DNA of 64,000 nucleotides, from positions 7,041-71,040 of the forward strand of contig JADFLA010000001.1 in assembly GCA_022564635.1 (NCBI GenBank). The letters are read 5' to 3'. Shown piece after piece: positions 1 through 9,591 of the stretch. Under the pieces are notes generated by a model, which worked only from the letters and a program-made list of their open reading frames with translations, made no database searches and had not been told where the DNA came from. A program made the translations under genes and the position numbers. Position 1 is the first letter of the stretch; each line of letters starts with the position of its first letter. This DNA is from Nanobdellota archaeon (GTDB lineage: Archaea > Nanobdellota > Nanobdellia > Woesearchaeales > GW2011-AR4).

Positions 1-23
1 CTGAGAAAAGATTAAAAGAGCAT

Positions 24-560
24 ATGGATGATTTTGGATGGGACTGGAAAGAGCTGGAAAACAAAGGATTGCTTAAGATTATGCGTAAAGAGCCATTTAA
101 CTTTACAAACACTATAGAAGCAATGACAGAAAAAGCGAAAGGAGAGCTTTTGATAGACATTAATGAGGTGCTTGAGATAATACCGGAAGGGTTTATACCT
201 GACAGGATTGTTTTGGACTCTGTAACAGCAATTGCAGCTGCATTTAGCGGAAAAGAAGAGAGTTATAGAATTTTTATAGAGCAGCTGTTTAGGTATCTTG
301 AATCATTGCATGCAACAACATTCTTAATATCTGAAACGGAACAGATGCCTACTATTTATTCACGAACTGGTGTTGAAGAGTTTCTTGCTGATGGTGTAAT
401 TGTTCTTTATGCCATAAGAATCGGGAATATAAGAGAAAATGGCATAGAGGTTTTGAAACTTAGAGGAGCAAAGCATGAGAAGAAAATAGTTGCTATGCAG
501 ATTAAAAATAAAGGCATAGAGGTTTATCCGCAACAAGAGGTTCTTAGCGAGATGAAGTGA
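24..560 (+). CDS. KaiC/RecA-superfamily ATPase, C-terminal part (ORF open to window edge, probably 5'-truncated by window)
   Basis: C-terminal motif LKLRGAKHEKKIVAMQIKNKGIEVYP typical of archaeal KaiC-like ATPases; no in-frame stop upstream of pos 24. Confidence 0.55.
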   Translation: MDDFGWDWKELENKGLLKIMRKEPFNFTNTIEAMTEKAKGELLIDINEVLEIIPEGFIPDRIVLDSVTAIAAAFSGKEESYRIFIEQLFRYLESLHATTFLISETEQMPTIYSRTGVEEFLADGVIVLYAIRIGNIRENGIEVLKLRGAKHEKKIVAMQIKNKGIEVYPQQEVLSEMK

Positions 561-2354
561 TTATTTTTTCTGTTCATTTTTTCCTAATTTATTTTGTAGC
601 TTAAGTTTTTTCTCTTTTAGATCAGACATGCGTTCTCTGTATTTTAACATGAGCTTGTCATAATCATCTCTGCTTAAAGAATGATGCTTAAAATATTTCC
701 TTTGAGTATATTTTTGCATCTCGAAAGTCCTTTTTTCATCTTCAATTGATTTTTTTAAACTGGATTTCAAGTGGCTACGATGCCATACTGGTTGTGTGAC
801 GATGACAAGAACTATTGTTCCAATAATTATGGCATAACCATATCGCAACAACACGTTGTTGTAGAAAACTCTTGCTTTGAACTCAAAGTTACCAATAGCT
901 TCTACGCTTATAGCTTTCCTAGGTAATTTAACCGAATTTCCATAGATATCAGAAGCGTCAAGTTGCAAAGACTGAAGATCTACATCTTCTTGGGTAAACA
1001 AGTAAGAACTTGTGTAGATTCCTGGTTTGCGCTCTGTTAATTTAATTGTTTTTTCCCCTATTTTTAATAAGACATTTGCGTTTTCAACTACAGTGGCATC
1101 AGTATAGCCCAGACTAGCTTCAATATTTATTTTTTGTCCTGTAAAGAAATCTGTTGTTGTTGGCTTTGAAAGAGTTAGGATCATGGATGCTGGTCTGATT
1201 GTTACTGGAATTCTGCTTCCACCTGCTTTGGTAACATTATCTTTTGTTTTTATGGCTTGTACGCTAATGTACCATAAACCTAGAGGATCATTAGGACTTG
1301 TTTGGTATTCTGATGTGTATGTTCCCGGGCGTATTTCTTCAAGTGTTTTTATGTCTCCGAAAGGATTCTTGAAATCAACTATTGCACCTTCTAAAGGTTT
1401 TCCCTCATCCTTTACTTCTACTGTTATTGGTATTGAAGATCCTCTTTTATATTCTCCATCCTTTAATGGACTCAAAAATGTTACAGTATAGAAAGCAACT
1501 CCTTCTGGAGTTGAAACTGTTGTTGCAAGATTTGCAGTTCCCTCGTTACCATCTTCATCAGTTGCATGGATCTTAATATCCCACTTCCCATCAGGCTCAG
1601 CAAAACTTATTAGATGACTATCAATAAATTTTCCTTCATCGTCAGAAATTAGTGTTTTATTAAGAAGAAAATCTTCTGCAGAAACAGTTAGTTGTGCAGC
1701 AACATTTTTTATAGGTTCCTGATTAAAATAAGTCATATCCCCTGAAAATACAATCCGTTCTCCTTTGAAATACTCTTCTTTTCCCAAGGATGTACTGATA
1801 TAAATGGTAGGATCTACATTAATTAAAATTCTTTCTTCGTCATATGCTGCAGCTTGTCCTCTAAAAATAATAGCATATTCTCCTTTCTCAATCTCATTTC
1901 CAATAGTTACATTCGCTCCAAATATATTATAATCCATCCTGCCAAAATTGCTAACTAACTTAACAGTTCCAAAAAGTTCTGATTCTGCAGACATTTTTAC
2001 ATCAGAAACAAAACTATAGCCTCTAACCACTTTTGCAAGAATTGTAAGTATACCTCTTTTTATCGTGTCACCATCTTTAGGATTTTCTATAACTATTTTT
2101 ATTGGCCTAACACCTACACCTATAGTTGTTGTTTCTCCTCCAGTAGTTGTTGTTGTTCCATCAGTGCCTCCAGTGGTTGTAGAAGAAGTTGTAGTTCCAT
2201 CTGTGGTAGTTGTTCCAGGGACACCTTCATGGCCTTCTTTATGATGCAATCCTGTAGGACTATCCAGCGGTCTAAAGACAATAATAACAGCTGTTACTAT
2301 GATAATTAGAATTAGTACTGCACTTACATTCACCTCTTTTTTCATATTAAACAT
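561..2354 (-). CDS. cell-surface protein: N-terminal TM/signal anchor, Thr-rich stalk, large extracellular region, C-terminal TM plus charged coiled-coil tail
   Basis: hydrophobic N-terminus, TTTTDGTTTSSTTTGG low-complexity linker, C-terminal hydrophobic stretch followed by K/E-rich tail; no recognisable catalytic motif. Confidence 0.45.
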   Translation of the reverse strand: MFNMKKEVNVSAVLILIIIVTAVIIVFRPLDSPTGLHHKEGHEGVPGTTTTDGTTTSSTTTGGTDGTTTTTGGETTTIGVGVRPIKIVIENPKDGDTIKRGILTILAKVVRGYSFVSDVKMSAESELFGTVKLVSNFGRMDYNIFGANVTIGNEIEKGEYAIIFRGQAAAYDEERILINVDPTIYISTSLGKEEYFKGERIVFSGDMTYFNQEPIKNVAAQLTVSAEDFLLNKTLISDDEGKFIDSHLISFAEPDGKWDIKIHATDEDGNEGTANLATTVSTPEGVAFYTVTFLSPLKDGEYKRGSSIPITVEVKDEGKPLEGAIVDFKNPFGDIKTLEEIRPGTYTSEYQTSPNDPLGLWYISVQAIKTKDNVTKAGGSRIPVTIRPASMILTLSKPTTTDFFTGQKINIEASLGYTDATVVENANVLLKIGEKTIKLTERKPGIYTSSYLFTQEDVDLQSLQLDASDIYGNSVKLPRKAISVEAIGNFEFKARVFYNNVLLRYGYAIIIGTIVLVIVTQPVWHRSHLKSSLKKSIEDEKRTFEMQKYTQRKYFKHHSLSRDDYDKLMLKYRERMSDLKEKKLKLQNKLGKNEQKK

Positions 2355-2749
2355 CTAGCTATAAGAATTAGTATTTAAATAATTTGCCAAATAAACCGCC
2401 GTGAACGGAAACTACTCAAAAAGAAACCCAATATCCTTCTTAAAAAAGGAATAGACGAGATACAGTATGTTGTGGCATACAACCCTCGACAATATCTCAT
2501 TTATCTTATACTTATTTTGAATCCTGAGCCGTCTATAGCAAAGAACCTTTCTTTTTTAGATAATTGGAAATTGCAACAAAGAAAATTCAGAAAAATATAA
2601 ACAGGCTTTGCACATTAACTATGTTCTAGAAAGAGCTTTGGCTATAAAGTCCATAACAAGGAAAAAAATATCCAAGAAAAATTTAGCCAATAGTTTCAAA
2701 TATTAAATCAAACAAATACTAAAAATTATTTACTGAAGTTTACTAATAC

Positions 2750-3475
2750 TTAAAATATATTTTGTGCTGGATAAATAATAATACCATTATTATCTTTTAT
2801 TTGCATGGGGAATGTTTTAGTGGTATGTTTTGTCCCTCTCATCTTAAAAATTTCAAGACTTCTTGTCCTGATACCCTTAATTTTGGAATTATAAATCCAT
2901 AAAATGCTATCTACTTCAAAATCTAATGGGGTTACCTTATGTCCCTCAATATCATATTCCGAAGTAAGTAATGAACATAATTTCCAATTGCGTAACATTT
3001 TAAATAAATTTAAATAAGACGCTCTTAAAACTAATTCACTTTTAAATAATAAAGAGTATGATGTCATCGAGTCAATTACAATCCTTTTAGCTTTTAGTTT
3101 ATTAATTATTTGAGATTCCAACTTTTCAACCTGTTTATGAACTTCCAATTGAATATCTGTTGGTGATATTTCTATTATACTAACTTTAATTTCTTTATCT
3201 AATTTTTCTAAATCCCACCCAAAACTATTCATATTCTTCATAATATTATCTTTCCCTTCCTCAAGTGTTATATATACTCCAGGCTCATTATATTTTGTTG
3301 CACCATTAACTAGGTATTGCATTGCAAAAATACTTTTTCCGCTACCAGGACCACCAGCTATCATATTTATGCTGTTTCTTACTAAACCACCCATCATCCC
3401 ATCATCTAAATTCTTTATTCCAGTAGGAACCCTTTCCATAGTATCATCTTTTTTTATCAATTTATATTCCTCCAA
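2750..3475 (-). CDS. KaiC-like / RadB-like RecA-superfamily ATPase
   Basis: Walker A GGPGSGKS, FAMQYL...GVYITLEE, C-terminal KMRGTKH...IIYP motif. Confidence 0.75.
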   Translation of the reverse strand: MEEYKLIKKDDTMERVPTGIKNLDDGMMGGLVRNSINMIAGGPGSGKSIFAMQYLVNGATKYNEPGVYITLEEGKDNIMKNMNSFGWDLEKLDKEIKVSIIEISPTDIQLEVHKQVEKLESQIINKLKAKRIVIDSMTSYSLLFKSELVLRASYLNLFKMLRNWKLCSLLTSEYDIEGHKVTPLDFEVDSILWIYNSKIKGIRTRSLEIFKMRGTKHTTKTFPMQIKDNNGIIIYPAQNIF

Positions 3476-3772
3476 TCTGTATTTACAAAATCAGCATAAC
3501 TTATTAATAAACTTATTTATTTTTAGGGCTTTGTATTTTTAACCCTTGAAAAACCCTCCTCTTAAATTAGGGCTTTTTGGGCAAATTTTTTATAGAGTTC
3601 TTTTATGATGGGACTATAACCTTTAGTATACATCCCGATGGGAGCACCACTTCTTAATTTATCGATGAGAAAAAAGACTTTTTTTGAGATGTACTGGGGC
3701 ATTTAACCTTTTGTACCTATCCCTATAGGACTTGGTTTTTGGGCAAAGTTTTTATATCGTTCTATATGATAT

Positions 3773-4726
3773 GTGTTTATGGGTATAACACCAAGAGCTC
3801 GGATTCTTGTTTTATTCTTGTCAATAGTTGTAGTTTCCGGTATGTACTTCTTATTTTATGATGAAGATATTTCTAGCAAATATAATTCAAAAACCCCCTG
3901 CGAACTCAATGACCCAGATTTCATGGAAATAATAATGGTTGCGGTAAACGGTAGTGGAGATTATAAAATAATCTGCCGAGAAAAGACTGAGGAAGAAAAA
4001 CACAAACCTGAGAACTTAGAAGAACACATTATTCCAGAAAATATTCCTATTCGGAGGGAAATTATTGATTTTTGGCAAAATTTTAGGGGTCCTGGAAATT
4101 GTACAGCAAATGAATGTGATGCTTATTGCTCAGAACAAGAAAATTTAAATGAATGCATTTCTTGGTGTAAAAACAATTCAGATTTGTGTCCTGATTTTAA
4201 GTTAGAAGAATGGCAAAGTAAACTAAAACAAAATATAATCTTTGTACCTGTAGATGTCTATATAATAAAATATAATGACGATGATTTAAGTAGCATCAGA
4301 AACAAAGAAAATATCAACTCACTTTTTAGTAATGTTAACATAATATGGAATCAAGCAAATATTAGTGCAAATATAACTAAAATTGAATTCCTTATGATAA
4401 ATGATAACTCTATTTATTCAAGTACAGAAAGATTATATTCTTATGTTATTCAAACTGGAAATTATGATAAAAATAAAATAAATGCATATTTTGTAAAAAC
4501 ATTACATGGTTCTAATGGAATTGCACTTCCAGGTAATGTTATAATGATTGCAGACAGAACAACTGTATTTGATTATAGGGCAACATCTCATGAAATAGGA
4601 CATGTCCTAGGGCTTAAACATGTTGGACCTATTAATAGATTGATGGCTAGGGGTGTAAATGGATTTGATTTAACAGATGATGAGATAGAAATTGCGCAGA
4701 GTAATGCTTTAAGTAAATTTTACTAA
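3773..4726 (+). CDS. membrane-anchored metzincin-type zinc metalloprotease
   Basis: N-terminal TM; Cys-rich segment; HEIGHVLGLKH (HExxHxxGxxH) zinc-binding signature. Confidence 0.7.
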   Translation: MFMGITPRARILVLFLSIVVVSGMYFLFYDEDISSKYNSKTPCELNDPDFMEIIMVAVNGSGDYKIICREKTEEEKHKPENLEEHIIPENIPIRREIIDFWQNFRGPGNCTANECDAYCSEQENLNECISWCKNNSDLCPDFKLEEWQSKLKQNIIFVPVDVYIIKYNDDDLSSIRNKENINSLFSNVNIIWNQANISANITKIEFLMINDNSIYSSTERLYSYVIQTGNYDKNKINAYFVKTLHGSNGIALPGNVIMIADRTTVFDYRATSHEIGHVLGLKHVGPINRLMARGVNGFDLTDDEIEIAQSNALSKFY

Positions 4727-4853
4727 AGAGGTTATTATTAATAATTTAAAAAATATCTTATTAAATTATAGCTAAATAAAGTATCTACATACCATAATGT
4801 AAACACAATATTTATTAACCAGCATTGTATTTATATGTAAAGAGGGTGGTGAT

Positions 4854-5618
4854 ATGGCTTTACAATTCACTTTTCTATATGGAATTATAGTTTTAGTGGT
4901 TTTATATGTCTTATCTAGTTTAAAGATAGTCAACGAATACGAAAGGGGGGTGCTATTTTTCTTAGGAAAATATATTGGATTAATGAAACCAGGATTAAAG
5001 ATAGTATTGCCAGTTATAATGAGCTGGGAAAGAGTAGATTTAAGAGTTAAAGCAGTAGATGTTCCAGATCAAGATGCTATTACAAAAGACAATGTCTCTA
5101 TTAAAGTAAATGCTGTACTTTATTATAAGGTAGATGATGCAACAAAAGCTATACTTGCAGTTGAACATTATAGATTTGCAATATCTCAATTAGCACAAAC
5201 TACAATGAGGGATGTTGTTGGTGAGGTAAGCTTGGATGAGTTATTGAGCAAAAGAGATTCTGTTTCTAAACGAATAAGGGAAATTGTTGATGAATCAAGT
5301 GACCCTTGGGGTATCAAAGTAGAAGGTGTAGAACTTAAACACGTTGAGCTTCCTGAGTCATTAAAACGAATTATTGGAAAAGAAGCAGAAGCTGAGCGTG
5401 AAAAAAGAGCTGTTATCATTAAAGCTGCTGGAGAAGTAATTGCTTCAACTAATATGGCAAAAGCCGCTGATACCTTGGCAAAAGCCCCTGGAGCTCTACA
5501 TTTAAGAACATTACAAAGTATTAATAATATTTCCAGTGATGCCTCAAATACAGTAATCTTTGCAATCCCTCTTGAAGTCCTCAGAGCAATTGAAGGGTTT
5601 AAGGATAAGAAAACCTAA
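4854..5618 (+). CDS. SPFH/band-7 (stomatin/prohibitin-like) membrane protein
   Basis: N-terminal TM then conserved SPFH core (NEYERGVLFFLGKY...), coiled-coil tail; SD-like GAGGGTGGTGA upstream. Confidence 0.8.
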   Translation: MALQFTFLYGIIVLVVLYVLSSLKIVNEYERGVLFFLGKYIGLMKPGLKIVLPVIMSWERVDLRVKAVDVPDQDAITKDNVSIKVNAVLYYKVDDATKAILAVEHYRFAISQLAQTTMRDVVGEVSLDELLSKRDSVSKRIREIVDESSDPWGIKVEGVELKHVELPESLKRIIGKEAEAEREKRAVIIKAAGEVIASTNMAKAADTLAKAPGALHLRTLQSINNISSDASNTVIFAIPLEVLRAIEGFKDKKT

Positions 5619-5690
5619 GATTAAGTCTCTTTTCTTTTTTCCATGCACATTATCGTAATATTAAAATTTTACGTTTTTATTTAAATTAAG

Positions 5691-6722
5691 TTATAGCTTA
5701 TACCTCAGTGTAGCTACAACGCTTCCATGTTTGTGAAGCTTTTCTAGAACTTCATTATTAGTTATAAACTCAACTTCAACAGAAGTTTTCTCTGCAAGCT
5801 CAATCATATTAATAATTATACTATTCTCTTCTGGAGTTTTTGCATAATAATCAGATGCTATAAGCAATGTATCTACAGCTCCTGTGCGCAAAGCTGTATG
5901 TATAATGCTATTTTCCTTTTCTGCCAGACCTTTCTTAACCCTAGCTTCTACTTTTTGAAGCTGCTGTAGCTCAAGCTGTTTCCTTAAATGGTCAAGTGCG
6001 TTTATAACCTTAGTTGTTATATTATCATCTGGAGTGGAAAAGTAAATGCCATCAATGATTCTTGTCTTTTTTCTTACATTCTTGTTTATGTATGATTGCA
6101 TAAATTCTTTCTTTGCCAAACCTGGACCTGCAAGAAGAATAAGTTCTATCTGAGTAAGATTAATGTTCTTTAAACGTTCTTTAACTTTATTGAAGAAATG
6201 CTTGATCTGCAAATCTCTAAGCCTTTCAAATCTTCCCTGACTCCAACCTCCTTTACTATGTTTTCCTTTGAGATAGGTCTTAATCTTAGCATGTTGTAAT
6301 ATATCCTTGCCTTTGTAATGTCGAATCATTGCTTCCTTATGGTCCAATACAATTAACAACACATCGTAGTTTATCTCAAGTATATCATGTAAAGGTTCTG
6401 TATATGGCTTTTTTCCAACTATATAAACTGGTGGCAATGCCTTTGATACAACAAACTCCTTAATAACTATATCCTCTTTAGCATTCCAACCAAAAATACA
6501 AATACTGCCATTATAAATTTTTTTGGATGCTAACCTTTTCTCAATAATAGCTTCTATTTCCTCAATCTCTGGCAATCTTTCAGTTTCCCTAAGAGTATTT
6601 ATCATGTTAGAGGCTTCGCTTATTGGGACATAAACAGAAACTACAGGTGAGTAAGATTGATTAAGTTCTTTAAGAAAACGATTTATTGAATACCACTCCT
6701 TTGGTAATAAGATATCTCTCAT
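5691..6722 (-). CDS. eRF1/aRF1-family protein, divergent: NIKS region absent, GGQ replaced by GGW
   Basis: Collinear with eRF1 domains N-M-C (SVYVPIS ~ SLIIPP; KGKHSKGGWSQGRFERLRD ~ KKHGRGGQSALRFARLR; C-terminal ...ATLRYKL ~ ...GGILRYRV). Codon TGG verified at the Q position. Confidence 0.7.
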   Translation of the reverse strand: MRDILLPKEWYSINRFLKELNQSYSPVVSVYVPISEASNMINTLRETERLPEIEEIEAIIEKRLASKKIYNGSICIFGWNAKEDIVIKEFVVSKALPPVYIVGKKPYTEPLHDILEINYDVLLIVLDHKEAMIRHYKGKDILQHAKIKTYLKGKHSKGGWSQGRFERLRDLQIKHFFNKVKERLKNINLTQIELILLAGPGLAKKEFMQSYINKNVRKKTRIIDGIYFSTPDDNITTKVINALDHLRKQLELQQLQKVEARVKKGLAEKENSIIHTALRTGAVDTLLIASDYYAKTPEENSIIINMIELAEKTSVEVEFITNNEVLEKLHKHGSVVATLRYKL

Positions 6723-6773
6723 TATGAGTGCTTTAATATTAAACTATTAAATTCTTTCGAAACATGTATTTTT

Positions 6774-6917
6774 TTATTTTTTCTTTTTAAAAATAAAATA
6801 CAAGATAATTGCAAGTATTAAAATCCCAATTAAAATAAAAAACCAACCTGCAGGTGAAATTCCACTTCCCACTTCCGCAGTTGGCAGTGGTTGCCCTCCT
6901 ATAGGATGATGTCCCAT
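6774..6917 (-). CDS. small (47 aa) His/Gly-rich N-terminus plus C-terminal TM protein, probably cotranscribed with upstream cupredoxin-like gene
   Basis: ATG 1 nt after stop of 6919..7290; MGHHPIGGQPLP... then hydrophobic helix and KKKK tail; not in ORF track (<60 aa). Confidence 0.3.
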   Translation of the reverse strand: MGHHPIGGQPLPTAEVGSGISPAGWFFILIGILILAIILYFIFKKKK

Positions 6918-6918
6918 T

Positions 6919-7290
6919 TTAAATCACATTTATTAATAATTTCTCACCATGATCTGTGCTGCAAAACGTTTCTGGATTACCTTTCTGATTTGCTACAAAC
7001 TGGATTGTTGTTGTTTGTCCTGGCCTTACAAATTCTCTTACCCCGAAAACTGGCAAAGAAATTCCATGTGTAACGCCATCATTGTTTTTTATATTAATTC
7101 TTACAGTATCTCCAAAATTAACATTAATGCTTTGAGGATTATACTGAAAATTTTGAATAGCTGTGTTAAATTCTTTTACTTCTGCAGAAGATGCTGGAGC
7201 ATAACCACTTGTATTTGATGCTGCTTTGCATCCTGCTACAAAAATAATAAAAATTGACAGTAAAATCAATAAATAATATTTTCTATTCAT
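6919..7290 (-). CDS. cupredoxin-like domain lipoprotein
   Basis: signal peptide with lipobox VAGC; beta-rich domain with GDTV...THG...FCSTDHG pattern resembling cupredoxin-like copper-binding fold (non-canonical ligand spacing). Confidence 0.5.
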   Translation of the reverse strand: MNRKYYLLILLSIFIIFVAGCKAASNTSGYAPASSAEVKEFNTAIQNFQYNPQSINVNFGDTVRINIKNNDGVTHGISLPVFGVREFVRPGQTTTIQFVANQKGNPETFCSTDHGEKLLINVI

Positions 7291-7410
7291 AAAATACCCA
7301 ACCCTATAGTAACAAAATTAGTATTGTTTATAAATATTTTGATTGAAATTAAAAATGTTTATAAGTATGCTTATGTTAATAAGGATAATAAATTATGGGG
7401 GTGTCAAAAA

Positions 7411-7767
7411 ATGGAAAAAGTTTTAGTACATACGACATGGGGTCCTACAGACCCAACAAGAGCTGGGCTTGCCTTTGCTTATGCTATGGTGTCTAAAAAG
7501 CAAGGTGCAGAAGTAGAGATGTTTCTTTTCCACGATGCTGTGTTGCTTGCGAGGAAACAGATGTATCCATTAGCTGTACCGATAGGTCCACCACCAATAA
7601 AGGATTGTATGGAATATCTTTTAGAGCAGAAAGTAAAAATATACGTTTGTAAACCTTGTTACGAATTAAGAGGAATGGACGAAAAAGATTTAGTGGAAAT
7701 GGCAGAATTAAAGGGCATGGACTATTTTGTTGAGTTAGCAAAAACGAGTAAAGTTGTAAGTTTTTAA
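7411..7767 (+). CDS. DsrE/DsrF-like family protein
   Basis: ~118 aa from ATG 7411 (GGGGGTG SD-like 8 nt upstream); TTWGPTDPTRAGLAF...YVCKPCYELRG resembles DsrE-family fold; ORF-track start 7324 probably too far upstream. Confidence 0.55.
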   Translation: MEKVLVHTTWGPTDPTRAGLAFAYAMVSKKQGAEVEMFLFHDAVLLARKQMYPLAVPIGPPPIKDCMEYLLEQKVKIYVCKPCYELRGMDEKDLVEMAELKGMDYFVELAKTSKVVSF

Positions 7768-7817
7768 TAAAAAGATGTTTGTGATTTATTATATCACAAA
7801 AATAAGGAGATGAAAAT

Positions 7818-7943
7818 ATGGCTAAAAAGCATAAATACAAATGTCCGAAATGCGGATGTGAATTTGAAGGGACAAAAGAAGAATGTAAATGCACAAAGTG
7901 TGGATGTGATGCAAGCTCAGATAAGTGTGAGTGTTGTAAGTAA
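7818..7943 (+). CDS. 41-aa cysteine-rich metallothionein-like peptide (MAKKHKYKCPKCGCEFEGTKEECKCTKCGCDASSDKCECCK)
   Basis: AAGGAG SD 7 nt upstream of ATG; 12 Cys in CxxC/CxC/CC arrays; sits between DsrE-like gene and CDF metal exporter; absent from ORF track (<60 aa). Confidence 0.5.
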   Translation: MAKKHKYKCPKCGCEFEGTKEECKCTKCGCDASSDKCECCK

Positions 7944-8006
7944 TGGAGATGAAAAAGAAGGTTAAAAAACAAAAAAATAATAAACCAAAGATTTGTTAGT
8001 ATATAC

Positions 8007-8885
8007 ATGCAAGACAATAGTATTGAAAAATCTTTGAAAATTGCTATAATATTAACTTCTATATTCTTTGTTGTTGAGGTTGTAGGTTCCTTAATTTCAG
8101 GGTCCTTATCGTTGCTAGGAGATGCTGTGCATATGTTTAGGGATGTATTTGCTCTGTTAATATCATTAAGCGCAATTAATATTGCAAAAAAATTGCCTTC
8201 GATGACAAAAACATTTGGGTACCATAGAGTAGAAATTTTCGCATCCTTCCTTAACGGGATTTTACTTTTTGGGGTAAGTGGATGGATTTTCTGGGAAGCA
8301 TATCAAAGATTTTTTACACCAAAACCAATTGAAAGTGCAACTATGTTTGTTGTTGCGTTTATTGGCCTTTTAGTAAATTTGTATGTTGTTTCAAAGCTCC
8401 ATGGAAGCCATGACCTAAATGTTAAGAGTGCATTTGTGCATGTTCTTGCAGATACACTCTCTTCGATAGCAGTTATTTTTGCCTCAATCTGGATATTTTT
8501 CACAAATCAAACTATTATTGACCCAATATTAGGCGGTGTAATAGCCTTGTTTATTTTGTTTTCTGCATTTGTAATAATAAAAGACTCTGTACATGTACTT
8601 CTGGGGTTTGCCCCGAAAAATGTTGATTTTGATGATGTCATTAAAGATATTGAAAGAGTTAAAGGTGTAGATGGCGTTCATAATGTCCATTTATGGACTT
8701 TATGCTCAAATATAAATATCATAGATGCGCATGTATTTACAAATGAACCAAGTACGGCTAAAATAGAAGGGATAAAGGAAAAAATCAAGAAAAACCTGGA
8801 AAAATACAACATAAAACATGTTACTCTTGAATTTGAATGCAAAGAGTGTATTGAAAAAGATAAAATTAAGAAAGTAAAGCATTAA
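8007..8885 (+). CDS. czcD: cation diffusion facilitator (CzcD/ZitB-type) metal efflux transporter
   Basis: 6-TM core with CDF signature (GSLSLLGDAVHMFRD, HVLADTLSS) and C-terminal cytoplasmic domain. Confidence 0.85.
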   Translation: MQDNSIEKSLKIAIILTSIFFVVEVVGSLISGSLSLLGDAVHMFRDVFALLISLSAINIAKKLPSMTKTFGYHRVEIFASFLNGILLFGVSGWIFWEAYQRFFTPKPIESATMFVVAFIGLLVNLYVVSKLHGSHDLNVKSAFVHVLADTLSSIAVIFASIWIFFTNQTIIDPILGGVIALFILFSAFVIIKDSVHVLLGFAPKNVDFDDVIKDIERVKGVDGVHNVHLWTLCSNINIIDAHVFTNEPSTAKIEGIKEKIKKNLEKYNIKHVTLEFECKECIEKDKIKKVKH

Positions 8886-9125
8886 TTTAAGAAAAAGAAA
8901 ATTCGGAACAATAATTGAATGAAGGCTGTTTGTGGCTGCCGATAATAACAGTACCTCAAGTTTTGGTGCTTGGGTATTTGTTTAATGTGTTGCTTTAGGA
9001 AAAAAGTGGATATAACAATTTTTAAATGCACTTTTTCTGCACCTTATTTACTAATTCTCTTACGAGAGAGGTAGACTAACGGATAATGAAGTTTTATTAA
9101 AGGAATATTTAAAAGTAAGATCACA

Positions 9126-9584
9126 TTATTTTTTCCTTTGTTTTTTATTTTTTCTTTTCGTAATATTTCGTGATTTTAAAGAAGTTTCGCGTAATGCTTC
9201 ATAAAAATCCAAATAAGCTTCTGCATCAATTTTTGCAAATTCATTTTCCATTCTCTTAACAGCTTCTTTTAATTCTGGATCCTTTATATTTTTTGGATCG
9301 AAATAGTCTAGTACATTTACTCTAATTTTCTTTTTTCGTTTGTCAAAATTAATTAATGGAGGAGAACTATAGAGATATCTCCTTAATTTGTTTTTTAAAA
9401 GATCTGCTCTCAAATCTTTTATAGAATGATCAATATTTTCCATTTGTTCAAAATCTTTCCATAAAAGATTTAATAAAAGTTGATGCCTCATTGATTCACT
9501 GATTTGGTAAAAAATATATGCAATAGTTATCAAGGCTAAACCTATAAGGAAAAAATTATTCCATATATCCCTATCCAAATGCAA
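9126..9584 (-). CDS. hypothetical membrane-anchored protein (N-terminal TM, basic tail)
   Basis: ORF with hydrophobic N-terminus and K/R-rich C-terminus; no family recognised. Confidence 0.35.
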   Translation of the reverse strand: MHLDRDIWNNFFLIGLALITIAYIFYQISESMRHQLLLNLLWKDFEQMENIDHSIKDLRADLLKNKLRRYLYSSPPLINFDKRKKKIRVNVLDYFDPKNIKDPELKEAVKRMENEFAKIDAEAYLDFYEALRETSLKSRNITKRKNKKQRKK

Positions 9585-9591
9585 GTTGACC

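Noticed and set aside
1183-1576. ORFs 1183..1491 and 1382..1576 (+)
   Set aside because: They are antisense to, and fully inside, the well-supported 561..2354 surface-protein gene, with low-complexity translations.
5186-5419. ORF 5186..5419 (-)
   Set aside because: It is antisense within the SPFH gene, with Ser-rich junk translation.
6891-8017. ORFs 6891..7073 (+), 6949..7218 (+), 7493..8017 (-)
   Set aside because: They overlap the cupredoxin-like and DsrE-like genes on the opposite strand, with no SD or promoter context and low-complexity products.
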